The position numbers and the translations under genes were made by a program. Shown piece after piece: positions 8,700 to 16,562 of a stretch of DNA of 16,562 nt. The notes below the pieces were generated by a model. That model had not been told where the DNA came from. It saw only the letters and a program-made list of their open reading frames with translations, and ran no database searches. Numbering within the stretch: the first letter of the stretch is position 1; every line of letters starts with the position of its first letter. Origin of the DNA: Desmophyllum pertusum (taxonomy: Eukaryota); the NCBI GenBank assembly GCA_029204205.1, contig MU825873.1, forward strand, positions 7,200,407 to 7,216,968, in the 5' to 3' direction.

Positions 8700-9520
8700 G
8701 AAAAATAAGCCATACATGTATGCCGTACGGGGTCGGTACAAAACGTGGACCCTCATGCGATAATGCAATATTGCATTAAATATCCGTACCCCCCTGTTGA
8801 GGATTTGTCTTTTATCAGGTAGAACCCTCAAGAATTCCTAGAAGCAGTTCACTCCTCAAAAATTCCTAGAAAAAGCAGTTCACCCCTCAAGAATTCCTAG
8901 AAAAGGCAGTTCACCTCTCAAGAATTCCTAGAAAAAGCAGTTGACCCCTCAAGAATTCCATGAAAAAGCAGTTCACCCCTCAAGAATTCCTAGAAAAGGC
9001 AGTTCACCTCAAGAATTCCTAGAAAAATTCCTTCCTTCCCCCAGCCTAACCCCTGAATAATTCTTCCTTTTCCCCAGCCTAACCCGGAAAAATTCTGGAC
9101 ACTGTTCCACTGTTCCACTGACACTGGGGGGGGGGGGGGGGGAGGAGGAGGATATTTAATGCAATATCGCAACATGACTCCATTGTGGTGCAAATCGTGG
9201 CATTAAGCACGAAATATGCAGAAAATAATGCTTCAGCAAAAGTCTGCATAATGTTCTTGGCAAGATAATGTTATGATTGTGTATCGATGGTCTCAAAAAT
9301 GTCGAGATAATTTGCATGTGAAATGAGAAAAAATCGCACACTTACCTGGATGCTTGTGTGTGGATGACCACAAATTTTTTGGTCAGCGTTGGTTGCCTTA
9401 AGATGATGCAATCAAATTGGCGGGGAAAATTATTTAGTATTTAGGGGGTCCAGAAGGGGGTCCAGATGGGGGTCCAGAAAGGGGGTCCACGTTTGTACCA
9501 ACCCTGCCGTACGGTTTATA
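8700..9520. repeat. Nested palindromic (foldback) structure enclosing a 38-bp-unit minisatellite, 32-bp repeats, a G18 homopolymer and (GAG)n. It is intronic.
   Basis: Outer arms are gccgtacggggtcggtacaaaacgtggaccc (8712-8742) and the reverse complement of gggtccacgtttgtaccaaccctgccgtacgg (9484-9515). Inner arms are gcgataatgcaatattgcattaaatatc (8757-8784) and the reverse complement of gatatttaatgcaatatcgc (9150-9169). The tandem cctcaagaattcctagaaaaagcagttcacc runs about six copies over 8815-9045. The poly-G at 9126-9143 creates the PPPPPPPPPPP track ORF. Confidence 0.7.
9444..9490. repeat. Tandem repeat (gggggtccaga) of about four copies.
   Basis: Read directly from the sequence. Confidence 0.7.
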
Positions 9521-9718
9521 TTAATCGTACTTTGAGAAATTCTTTAGTCGTTCCTGTTTCAGTGTAGATTTTGACAGCAGCAAGGGTGATATTTAAAAAC
9601 CAGGCTTTAGAGATCGACTGCGATGTCTTTGTAATTATTGATAATTGTATGATGCCTCCCGTATCCACCTTTACAAGGATTTATGTTACATTTTATAAGA
9701 TAAGAAGAAGCCACTGAC

Positions 9719-9842
9719 CTCCATAAAGTAAAACATGGCATTTGGATTGTACAGAATGTCTGAGAGGAACACTTTTCCACTTGTCAAGATGTCAATTTGA
9801 TGCTTACAATAAAAAGAACTGGTAAGAAATGCAGGGAAGTAC
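9719..9842 (-). CDS. AKAP10: AKAP10 ortholog exon of 124 bp, end of RGS-A and start of RGS-B. Enters in phase 2 and exits in phase 0.
   Basis: Acceptor tcatcttgttgtcgtag|G and donor ATGGAG|gtcagtgg. Translation is (M)YFPAFLTSSFYCKHQIDILTSGKVFLSDILYNPNAMFYFME, against human EHFSEFLRSHHFCKYQIEVLTSGTVYLADILFCESALFYFSE (recalled from memory). Confidence 0.85.
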
Positions 9843-10044
9843 CTACGACAACAAGATGATAATAAACTATGTGTTATCTCATTTAATATTAGTTTCAATT
9901 CATTATAACAGCAAACTTTTTCATGCTCCGAACTGTTGTAATATATAAATCTAGAAGAAAATAATACGTAATTCATTAGGCCTTTTTGATTGGAAAACGT
10001 ACACACACAAAAAGAGAAACTAGGGTGGGAAGCAGTAAATAAAA

Positions 10045-10129
10045 GTCAACTTACATCCTTTCCAGCACATCATATGCAAACTTCTGGGCGGGCAGAAAGG
10101 AATCTGGACAAATCCTTCCATCTTCACTG
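10045..10129 (-). CDS. AKAP10: AKAP10 ortholog exon of 85 bp. Enters in phase 1 and exits in phase 2.
   Basis: Acceptor tttgtcatatgtaaacag|TT and donor GAAAGGAT|gtaagttgac. With the A carried over from the previous exon it reads I NICSEDGRICPDSFLPAQKFAYDVLER. This matches human ...IIARICGEDGQVDPNCFVLAQSIVFSAMEQ... (recalled from memory). Confidence 0.8.
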
Positions 10130-10289
10130 CAGATATTAACTGTTTACATATGACAAAAATTATAAACTTGTAATCTTACCAGGAGTTGCACAATTATTAG
10201 TTTAAATGTAATGTGGCTAATGAAATTAGGCAAAGTTAATCTTGAGTCAATGTAGCCAGTGGTTTCTCCCTTTGGCATACTACAGGGTG

Positions 10290-10440
10290 GCCTCAGGGAT
10301 GTCCTGTGATTGGTATCACATTCTCGTCACATTTTGCACTGATCCTTGCGGATCAATGTACAGTGTTGTGCTTTGCAGATCATGAGCTGATCTTTACAGA
10401 TCAATGAGCTGATCTTTGCGCACGAATTGCTCAAAGCAAA
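10290..10440. repeat. GATC-rich tandem and dyad repeats (gatctttacagatcaatgagct x2, tgcggatcaatg).
   Basis: Read directly from the sequence. It is intronic. Confidence 0.5.
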
Positions 10441-10747
10441 TCGTTGCGGATTCTGGCTCCCGTCCCTCCCTCCCTCTTGGTTCATGGGTTTAGGTAAGTA
10501 TCAGGTTAGGTAAGTATTTCCACTGAATTCCTTTCAGTGTGCCGGTGCTGGTTGGAGACCGCTTGTAGGGGTGGTTCCCTCTCACAGAGTTGCCATGGAT
10601 ACCTCCCTGCTGTGCCTGATTTGTATCAGGCCCCCTGCCAACCTTTTAGGCACCAGTTCCCAAGCTCATCTATTGATGATGAGTTTAATTAAAACTCTCA
10701 CAGAGAAAGTGATGTCATCACACAGTAATTTTGGTTGTTCCACTTAC

Positions 10748-11627
10748 TTTCAATCTGACGTCGGATGGATTCCTCCAGCCCAATTGGGTTTGATGCCTCA
10801 AGTGAAATGTATTTACTATAAATACTGATAGCATCTATAACAATACTTCTTGTCCTTCTACGGCAAAACCCACGTTGTTCATGTTCAAAGTCTGGTGTCA
10901 AGTCAAAAGTAACCTTGGATGATCTAAATCCTTTTTGTGTCCCAGTGTCACTATTGGTAAAATCTTTAGTGTCTTGAATGTTTTTTAAATTTGATTGGTT
11001 ACTTTTGTCCAATTGATTTATACCATTTTGTAAACCACTTATAAAAGTTTCCTCTTGATTGCTGGAGCAGTAGGGATTACTAGAAGTTTGTTGGTCACCA
11101 ATACTATGTCCACAATGATCACATGCATCCTTGTTTGACGAGGGAGGGTTAATTATACGTCCACAATTATTACATAATAACAAAACATCACCACTATTTT
11201 TGGCAATAGAATCTGCCGAGGCTGAACTCTCTGGCTCATAACCAGTGAAGTCACCAAACTCATTATTGTCATCAATCTGAATCCATGATTGATCTGCAGT
11301 TCCACTTGAATTAGTACAAGTCTTCAGTTGATCCAAAGAATCTCCTAAAGCACACAAATCTGAAGAATTTAACATGGTGGGTACATCTCCACCTGGAATG
11401 GCACTAGTACTGTCCCCTTTTGAGGATTTTAACCTTGACATTGAGTTAATTCTTAAGCGATTAATAGTAGAAAGTCTAAATGTTTCTGCTGTTAGCCAGA
11501 AGTTTAATAGATTTGTAGCATTATGCTTTTGCATGTACTCCATAAAGTATGGTAAGACACTGTCATCCATGAGGACTTCCACAAGGGTCTTGGACAATTG
11601 TGATTTTCTCCGAAATGTTGCCACACA
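10748..11627 (-). CDS. AKAP10: AKAP10 ortholog large exon of 880 bp. It holds the N-terminal half of RGS-like domain A plus a long Ser/Asn/Gln-rich insert with a CxxC...CxHC motif.
   Basis: Acceptor ctcaatttcag|TGTGTG and donor CAGATTGAAA|gtaagtgg. Translation is CVATFRRKSQLSKTLVEVLMDDSVLPYFMEYMQKHNATNLLNFWLTAETFRLS ... DAISIYSKYISLEASNPIGLEESIRRQIE. It aligns to human AKAP10 ...SSLSKTLEQVLHDTIVLPYFIQFMELRRMEHLVKFWLEAESFHS... and ...DAVNTFTKYISPDAAKPIPITEAMRNDII... (recalled from memory). It shows the RGS consensus (L..D..LPYF..YM...N..NFWL.AE.F) and matches the 334-aa ORF in the track. Confidence 0.9.
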
Positions 11628-12216
11628 CTGAAATTGAGACATAAAAACAATAAAGTACAGGTACTGTAAAAAGTAAAGTGGAACCCCACCATACATGTAC
11701 AATCATCCCGTTAATATGACCACCCTGCCACACGACCAGCCCATTAATATGACCATCCCACTATAAATTATCTTTAGAAAATTACCTCATTAATACAACC
11801 AGTCAAAATGCCTGGCAAGACTGTTAAGTGAAGAAAGCAGACAACCTGAAAAAAGCCAATTGGAGCTCATGGATTTTAAAAACCTGTTTGAAGTTTGAAA
11901 GCGACTCTTTGAGACACTTAACAGAGAAATTTGTTTCCTTATTGCTCGGTTTTGTTCAGTTGCAATGAATTGTGTTACGTCTGTCTATGTCTATTTACAT
12001 GTAACTATGAACAGGAATTGATTGGCGGTCATTTTAGTGCCATAATTTGACACAACCATGTTAATATTTATAACCAAATTTTCACCACCCTTCAGTGGTC
12101 ATATAAATGAGGTTCCACTGTAACAGTCTTCAATTAGATGAAAGTTAGAAAATATGACAACAAATTGAACTGCTGTACGTAAACAAAATTTCCTTTAAAA
12201 ATCTTCAGTCGAATAC

Positions 12217-12269
12217 CTTGGCAGACTTCTTCCTTGAAACGCTTGCTAATAACTTTCTGCATTCTTGGA
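12217..12269 (-). CDS. AKAP10: AKAP10 ortholog small coding exon of 53 bp. Enters in phase 1 and exits in phase 0.
   Basis: Acceptor ctctcttcacag|TCCAAG and donor GCCAAG|gtattc. In the frame set by the upstream exon it encodes VQECRKLLASVSRKKSAK with no stop, and it delivers phase 0 to the large exon. Support is mainly this phase and stop consistency; sequence conservation is weak. Confidence 0.5.
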
Positions 12270-12850
12270 CTGTGAAGAGAGAACAATTATGTGGTCACTA
12301 CCAAGAAATATATTATAATTAAATGCTTAACCAAGCACAAGGGATAGGTACTGGGAGAAAATTGGCCCCAAGGTCTTGACAGTACAGATTGTATGTACTG
12401 AGAGGTCCATACAAAAAAATACTAACTAAAGGGTCTATATTCTCTTAGTATTGTCACAGTGGCCCTAATGGTTAGCATGTTGGACTCCAGACTGAGCAGT
12501 CCTGGGGCACATGTCATCAATTTTGCATCCCTCAAAATTTGAATTGAATTCACTTGCACAAATTCACTACTTCATTCATAGAGCTGACATGAAAAATACT
12601 TTCAACCTATGGAAAACAAATCTTCAACATCTAAGTCATCTCTAATATATGGTGGGTAAACAGTTGAGGTATTTTTGTGGGCTGAGGGTGGTTATGACAT
12701 GGGTTTCATTTTGAGTGTACATGAGAGGCAAGTTTTATGAGCTAGATTTCTGCCTGCTATTCTTTACTTGTTTTCTATCAAGTGAAAATCAGGCTGCCGC
12801 TCATACAAAGGAAATGGAAATAAAAATAAATGCTATTGGAAAGAACTTAC

Positions 12851-12967
12851 CCCCAATCAAGTTATTTCTTCTGTCTTGGTCTTCATTTGGTGAAGCTAAA
12901 GCTGACTGTTTATTGCTCTTTCCTTTACTTTTTCCAGATTTAGAGTTCTTCCCTTTTGCCTGCTTGT
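12851..12967 (-). CDS. AKAP10: AKAP10 ortholog coding exon (Lys-rich N-terminal region). Enters in phase 1 and exits in phase 1. It is not the first coding exon.
   Basis: Minus-strand acceptor ttcattctttcag|AC and donor TTGATTGGGG|gtaagt. Translation is (x)DKQAKGKNSKSGKSKGKSNKQSALASPNEDQDRRNNLIG, which resembles the basic KVKGKEQEK N-terminal segment of human AKAP10 (recalled from memory). The in-frame codon upstream of the acceptor is TAA, so the ORF-track 'M' here is a TTG and not a start codon. The exit phase matches the next exon. Confidence 0.55.
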
Positions 12968-12997
12968 CTGAAAGAATGAATTGCAAAGCTTAGCCCT

Positions 12998-13393
12998 AAG
13001 CCTGGTTCACATGCACACTTGCGACGCAAGCATAAGCATAAGCATAAGCATAAGCGCAAGCATAAAGCCTGGTTTCCATATGATTGCAACGATCTCAACG
13101 ATTGCAGTCGCAACGATCGCAACGATTGCAAGAGTGGTTTCCATATGATTGCAATGATCGCAACGATCGCAAGAGTGGTTTCCAATATGGTGGATCGCGC
13201 GTGCGTGCTTTGTTGTGCTTATGCTTGCGTTATCCCGGTTCACACTTGTGATGCAACGACGCAAGCATAAGCATGAGTATTAGAAAAAGGGAAGATTTCC
13301 TTTTCTTATGCAAATGCTTGCATCGCCCCAGTTCACACTATGTGTGCTTATGCTTGCGCTTATGCTTATGTCGCAAGTGTGAACCAGGCTTTA
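12998..13393. mobile_element. Composite hairpin / MITE-like cluster. Terminal inverted repeats are built from ggttcacac...cgcaagcataagc plus (GCATAA)n microsatellite arms. It also has internal tandem cgcaacgatcgcaacgattgca and tggtttccatatgattgcaa repeats.
   Basis: Positions 12998-13045 (aagcctggttcacatgcacacttgcgacgcaagcataagcataagc...) match the reverse complement of 13345-13393 (...gcttatgcttatgtcgcaagtgtgaaccaggcttta). A second TIR-like copy lies at 13236-13275. tggtttccatatgattgcaa occurs at 13069 and 13136. The overlapping track ORFs 12940-13270 are repeat artefacts. Confidence 0.6.
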
Positions 13394-14426
13394 AGGCCTG
13401 TAAACTTTTTTTCATGAAAAGGTGGGGGGAGGGGGGGGAGACTGGGCTTAGGACAGAGCTTTGTTACCTTGAACGGACTCTATACCTAACTCACTACTCA
13501 AGACTGCTTTTGTCAGTGCTGATGAAGAAATGGGATGCTATTCATAAACAATTATCTGATTTTTGTTCCATTTCTAACTTGAAGTTCACTTAAAAATACA
13601 TCAAAAGACCATAGCATTCCAGCTAACGCCTGGTGTTCACATTGACACCTTTTTATCGCCAGCATGCTGTAATGAACCCAGGCATGCCTGGTAAGTTGAA
13701 CTCAAGTCAAGTTCGCAGGCATTGATCTAACTTAGGCAATCATCATGGCAACGCTTAAGACAACGTGGAATGAGAAATGAATTTATATTCACAATTATAC
13801 AGATTTATTCCTTTTTCTAGGCTTATTTTCCTTTTAAACTGGGTACCCAAGGGAAGTGTTTGTCGTGGTATGCATTTCTTGTTGTGGGGAGGGTATAGGT
13901 AGTAATTTCGACATTGTATTCAAATTTTTTTCGCAAATCGTGTCTAATAATATTATTGTCTCAGCTGGTGGTACAGATCATAGTAAAACAACAAATTTTC
14001 AAACTCATTCGGTATTCCAGCTGATTTTTCAACATCAATCCACAAACCTTTCATACTCAAATTTGGCCAGATTGTAGTTTGAGGACTGGTCTTTCGAGAT
14101 CCGGGAGCTGTCAGTATAAATTGAATCGACAAAATGCTTTTTAGGGCAAAATTCGAGAGATGGTACATAATTTGTCAGTCCAAAACTGCTTGAAGTTGCA
14201 TGCCTTGTTACAGTTACTGTATCAATATTCAAGAAGCGAGTCAAAGACTTTGAAGTCCTAAAACTGCTCCTGCACGCTTCAAATCGCCGTAAAAAAAACA
14301 CATCAAAGCAAAGATAAACAACGTCCAAGCATTTTGACTTTATTTTGGAAGGTGGATGTTAGCAGTACCCAGTCCTCTCCCCGTAAAAAGTCTGATTGGT
14401 GACGACTATTTCTATTGTTGTTTTGC

Positions 14427-14490
14427 ATGCATGAACTGACCTTTGGGTCTACAATAATTACTGTATAGCCTCTTTATAAACAAGCTTGCA
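14427..14490 (+). repeat. Direct repeat copy A (atgaactgacctttgggtcta...tatagcctctttataaacaa).
   Basis: About 85% identical to 14829-14893 in the same orientation, 400 bp apart. Confidence 0.6.
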
Positions 14491-14828
14491 TTGTTAGTAC
14501 TCCGTAACTGATACCAAGTTATACCTTTATCGGTTGAGTTGCGTGCTCCTTTGTTCTACAATTTTGCGCATGCACATTGCATTGCCGTTCACATTATTGG
14601 TTTACTTGAATTGCATCGAAAATTAAATACTTGGAAAGCAAAGACAAATTTATACCACAGCAGTTGCAAAATAGTGTGCTAAATCTGGCTGTGACATAAT
14701 AATGTAGTGTCTATCTGTTATTATAAGGATTTGTTAAAGATAGTTTTCAGATGTTTTGAGATGCTATTTCACGAAAGGGTCTTGCGTGACATTGTTTTAT
14801 TACCAAGCCGCCTTGTTTCTAGCGTACA

Positions 14829-14893
14829 ACATGAACTGACCTTTGGGTCTATAGTGGGGTCTATAGCCTCTTTATAAACAATCAAGCCTGCTA
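14829..14893 (+). repeat. Direct repeat copy B.
   Basis: See copy A at 14427-14490. Confidence 0.6.
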
Positions 14894-15132
14894 CAAAACC
14901 ATGTTCTCTTTTTAAACAAATCTCCAACAACCTTAGATCTTTATTATAGTATAGTTTCACGGGGTACAGTATCCCTTCTAAGATATGAACCACGATAACT
15001 ACAAGAAGCCCAAACCAACGATGATAATGAAATTTCCAATATGGAACCCCCTCTGTATTAAATATAGACAGTCCTAAATACTGATTTTAGGAAGATTAAT
15101 GTTCATTCTATTGTACTAAGAAATTTGAATAC

Positions 15133-15800
15133 CTTATTATAGGAAATTAACGCTCCATGAAATTAACGCAAATTTTAAAAATTCGCATTAATTTAAAGTG
15201 CTACTACGATCAAATTGTTGATATTCATTTTTTTACATTTTCGTGTACAATATGACTTTCTTATATATCTTGCTAAATTTCAATTCATTACGAACATTAG
15301 AAGTCATTTTATTTTGACTTTTATTTCCGAGAATTTACGGCCGCCATTACTTGACCTTGTTCCAAGGCTTGGTTGTGAATGAGAGAAAATGACGTCAGAT
15401 ACTCAAAAATACCTCACGGGTTGAAATTGTAATAACAATAAGTATAGAAAATTGCACGAAGAAAAAGTCCAAAGTTTTTGTTGCTCTTCATGCAATTTTT
15501 TATACTTATTGTTATTATAATTTCAACCCGTGAGGTATTTTTGAGTATCTGACGTCATTTTCTCTAATTCGCAACCAAGCCTTGGAACAAAGTCAAGTAA
15601 TGACGGCCGTAAATTCTCGGAAATAAAAGTCCAAAAAAAATGACTTCTAATGTTCGTAATGAATTGAAATTTAGCAAGATATATAAGAAAGTCATATTGT
15701 ACACGAAAATGTAAAAAAATGAATATCACTTATTCAACAATTTGATCGTAGTGGCACTTTAAGTTGCGTTAATTTTTGTGAGCGTTAATTTCCGCGAACC
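15133..15800. mobile_element. Long foldback element. Near-perfect inverted arms of about 330 bp meet at about 15478. The arm termini carry GCGTTAATTT motifs.
   Basis: The reverse complement of 15494-15800 matches 15133-15462 almost base for base with a few indels. For example, tttaaagtgctactacgatcaaattgttgatattcatttttttacattt matches the reverse complement of aaatgtaaaaaaatgaatatcacttattcaacaatttgatcgtagtggcactttaag, and aaatacctcacgggttgaaattgtaataacaataagtatag matches the reverse complement of tatacttattgttattataatttcaacccgtgaggtattt. Confidence 0.8.
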
Positions 15801-15959
15801 CAAATTCTGGAACCTGTACAGACATATTTTATATTTATGAAACAATAGCTTTCTCTTTTCTGCACACCGTATTTCAATCTTTTACCATAAAAAAAGCTTA
15901 TAAAAGCAACAAAACAATATTTCCAGTTCACCCTCGGTTTTAGAAGAGTAGTTCTCAAC

Positions 15960-16140
15960 ATTTCGGCCAAAATATATATTTGTTTTCTTTGTGTTAATTG
16001 CGTTAATTTCCTTCATTTTGAAATTTTACCTCCTCTTTCGCGTTAATTTCCTTTATTCAGAAGTAATTTTCCCCCCAATTCGCGTTAATTTAAGTCGCGT
16101 TAATTTGAAATACCTTAATTAACACGAGCGTTAATTTCAT
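15960..16140 (+). repeat. Array of at least seven direct copies of the motif (c)gcgttaattt(c), adjacent to the foldback element. It resembles the subterminal repeats of DNA transposons.
   Basis: GCGTTAATTT is found at about 15992, 16041, 16080, 16096 and 16129. More copies lie inside the right arm at 15766-15795, and inverted copies (gaaattaacgc) lie in the left arm at 15137-15165. Confidence 0.6.
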
Positions 16141-16482
16141 ATAATAAGGTATGGTAGAGACCTGTGACCACACAAACAGACCTGACATGGCAACGTGCCA
16201 ATTAAATGCCTGGTTACTAAGCTCTTGCACAATAAAGCACACGTAAACTTCCCTCAAAAAACTAACTTGAATGAAGAAATTATGACAAAAAACTTCCATG
16301 GAGAGAACAATCATGTGCCTAAGTAGGTAGTCATAACAGAGTTTTAATAAAACACGATCGACACAAACGATTGATACAAACTTTGGACACTCGATAGATT
16401 GATAGCTTTCACCTACTGAAGCAAAGTTAGTTGTTTTTAAGACTCGACTGTTTTATTTTTTCCAAAATTTGAGCTTCCAAAC

Positions 16483-16522
16483 TCGGGGTGCGGCTTATCT
16501 GCGAGTGCGGCTTATACGCCGG
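16483..16522. repeat. Short tandem repeat gtgcggcttat x2.
   Basis: Read directly from the sequence. Confidence 0.5.
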
Positions 16523-16562
16523 TGTTTACGGTAGACGTTTATTTGAGCATTTGATTCCTGAC

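Noticed and set aside
8815-9045. Regularly spaced repeats of about 38 bp, considered as a CRISPR-like array
   Set aside because: The units are contiguous with no unique spacers. The context is a eukaryotic intron, so this is a minisatellite.
8990-9193. Track ORF encoding PPPPPPPPPPP
   Set aside because: It comes from reading the G18 homopolymer at 9126-9143 on the minus strand. There is no coding context around it.
10571-10828. Plus-strand ORF of 85 aa overlapping the AKAP10 large exon
   Set aside because: It is antisense to a well-supported coding exon and spans its splice donor. It has no recognisable protein features.
12801-12986. ORF 'MQFILSDKQAKGK...' treated as a possible translation start for AKAP10
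   Set aside because: The first codon is TTG, not ATG, and a TAA precedes it by one codon. The region is better explained as an internal exon with the acceptor ctttcag|AC.
14035-14328. Minus-strand ORF containing 'FFLRRFEA', considered as the missing AKAP10 exon 1 because human AKAP10 begins MSFFRRK
   Set aside because: No donor site gives the required phase 1 exit. The similarity is about four residues, and the rest of the ORF looks random.
1-16562. Search for a prokaryotic defence or metabolic 'system' (operons, RBS-led ORFs, CRISPR, toxin-antitoxin)
   Set aside because: Gene density, GT-AG splice sites, minisatellites, MITEs and the AKAP10 ortholog show this is metazoan nuclear DNA. No operon-like ORF arrangement exists.

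Overview
This window is eukaryotic nuclear DNA, not prokaryotic. It is AT-rich with long non-coding stretches, GT-AG introns with polypyrimidine tracts, minisatellites and many foldback/MITE-like inverted repeats, and it looks metazoan and invertebrate-like. Nearly all ORFs in the six-frame track are chance ORFs. The one real gene I can support is a multi-exon ortholog of AKAP10 (D-AKAP2, dual-specificity A-kinase anchoring protein 2) on the minus strand, running from about 12967 down to 3405. I recognised it by reading splice junctions and comparing the translations with the human AKAP10 protein recalled from memory. I traced eleven coding exons: a Lys-rich N-terminus, an RGS-A domain split by a long Ser/Asn-rich insert, an RGS-B domain, the PKA RII-binding amphipathic helix, and a TGA stop at 3405-3407. 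The reading phase is consistent across all ten junctions with no in-frame stop. The initiator-Met exon was not found; it lies upstream of 12967 or outside the window. The introns and flanks carry several non-autonomous mobile-element-like structures. These include a foldback with arms of about 330 bp plus subterminal CGCGTTAATTT repeats (15133-16140), a 400-bp MITE (5938-6338), a nested palindrome enclosing a 38-bp minisatellite and a G18 tract (8700-9520), and a (GCATAA)n hairpin cluster (12998-13393). There is also a dispersed repeat family with two copies. The GC-rich, CpG-dense segment at 369-900 contains a TATAAAA motif and an inverted CCAAT box; it lies downstream of the AKAP10 3' end and may be a neighbouring promoter or CpG island. 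I found no CRISPR array, rRNA, tRNA or prokaryote-type defence or metabolic system. The most interesting biology is the lineage-specific content of the AKAP10 gene model and the density of hairpin elements in its introns.
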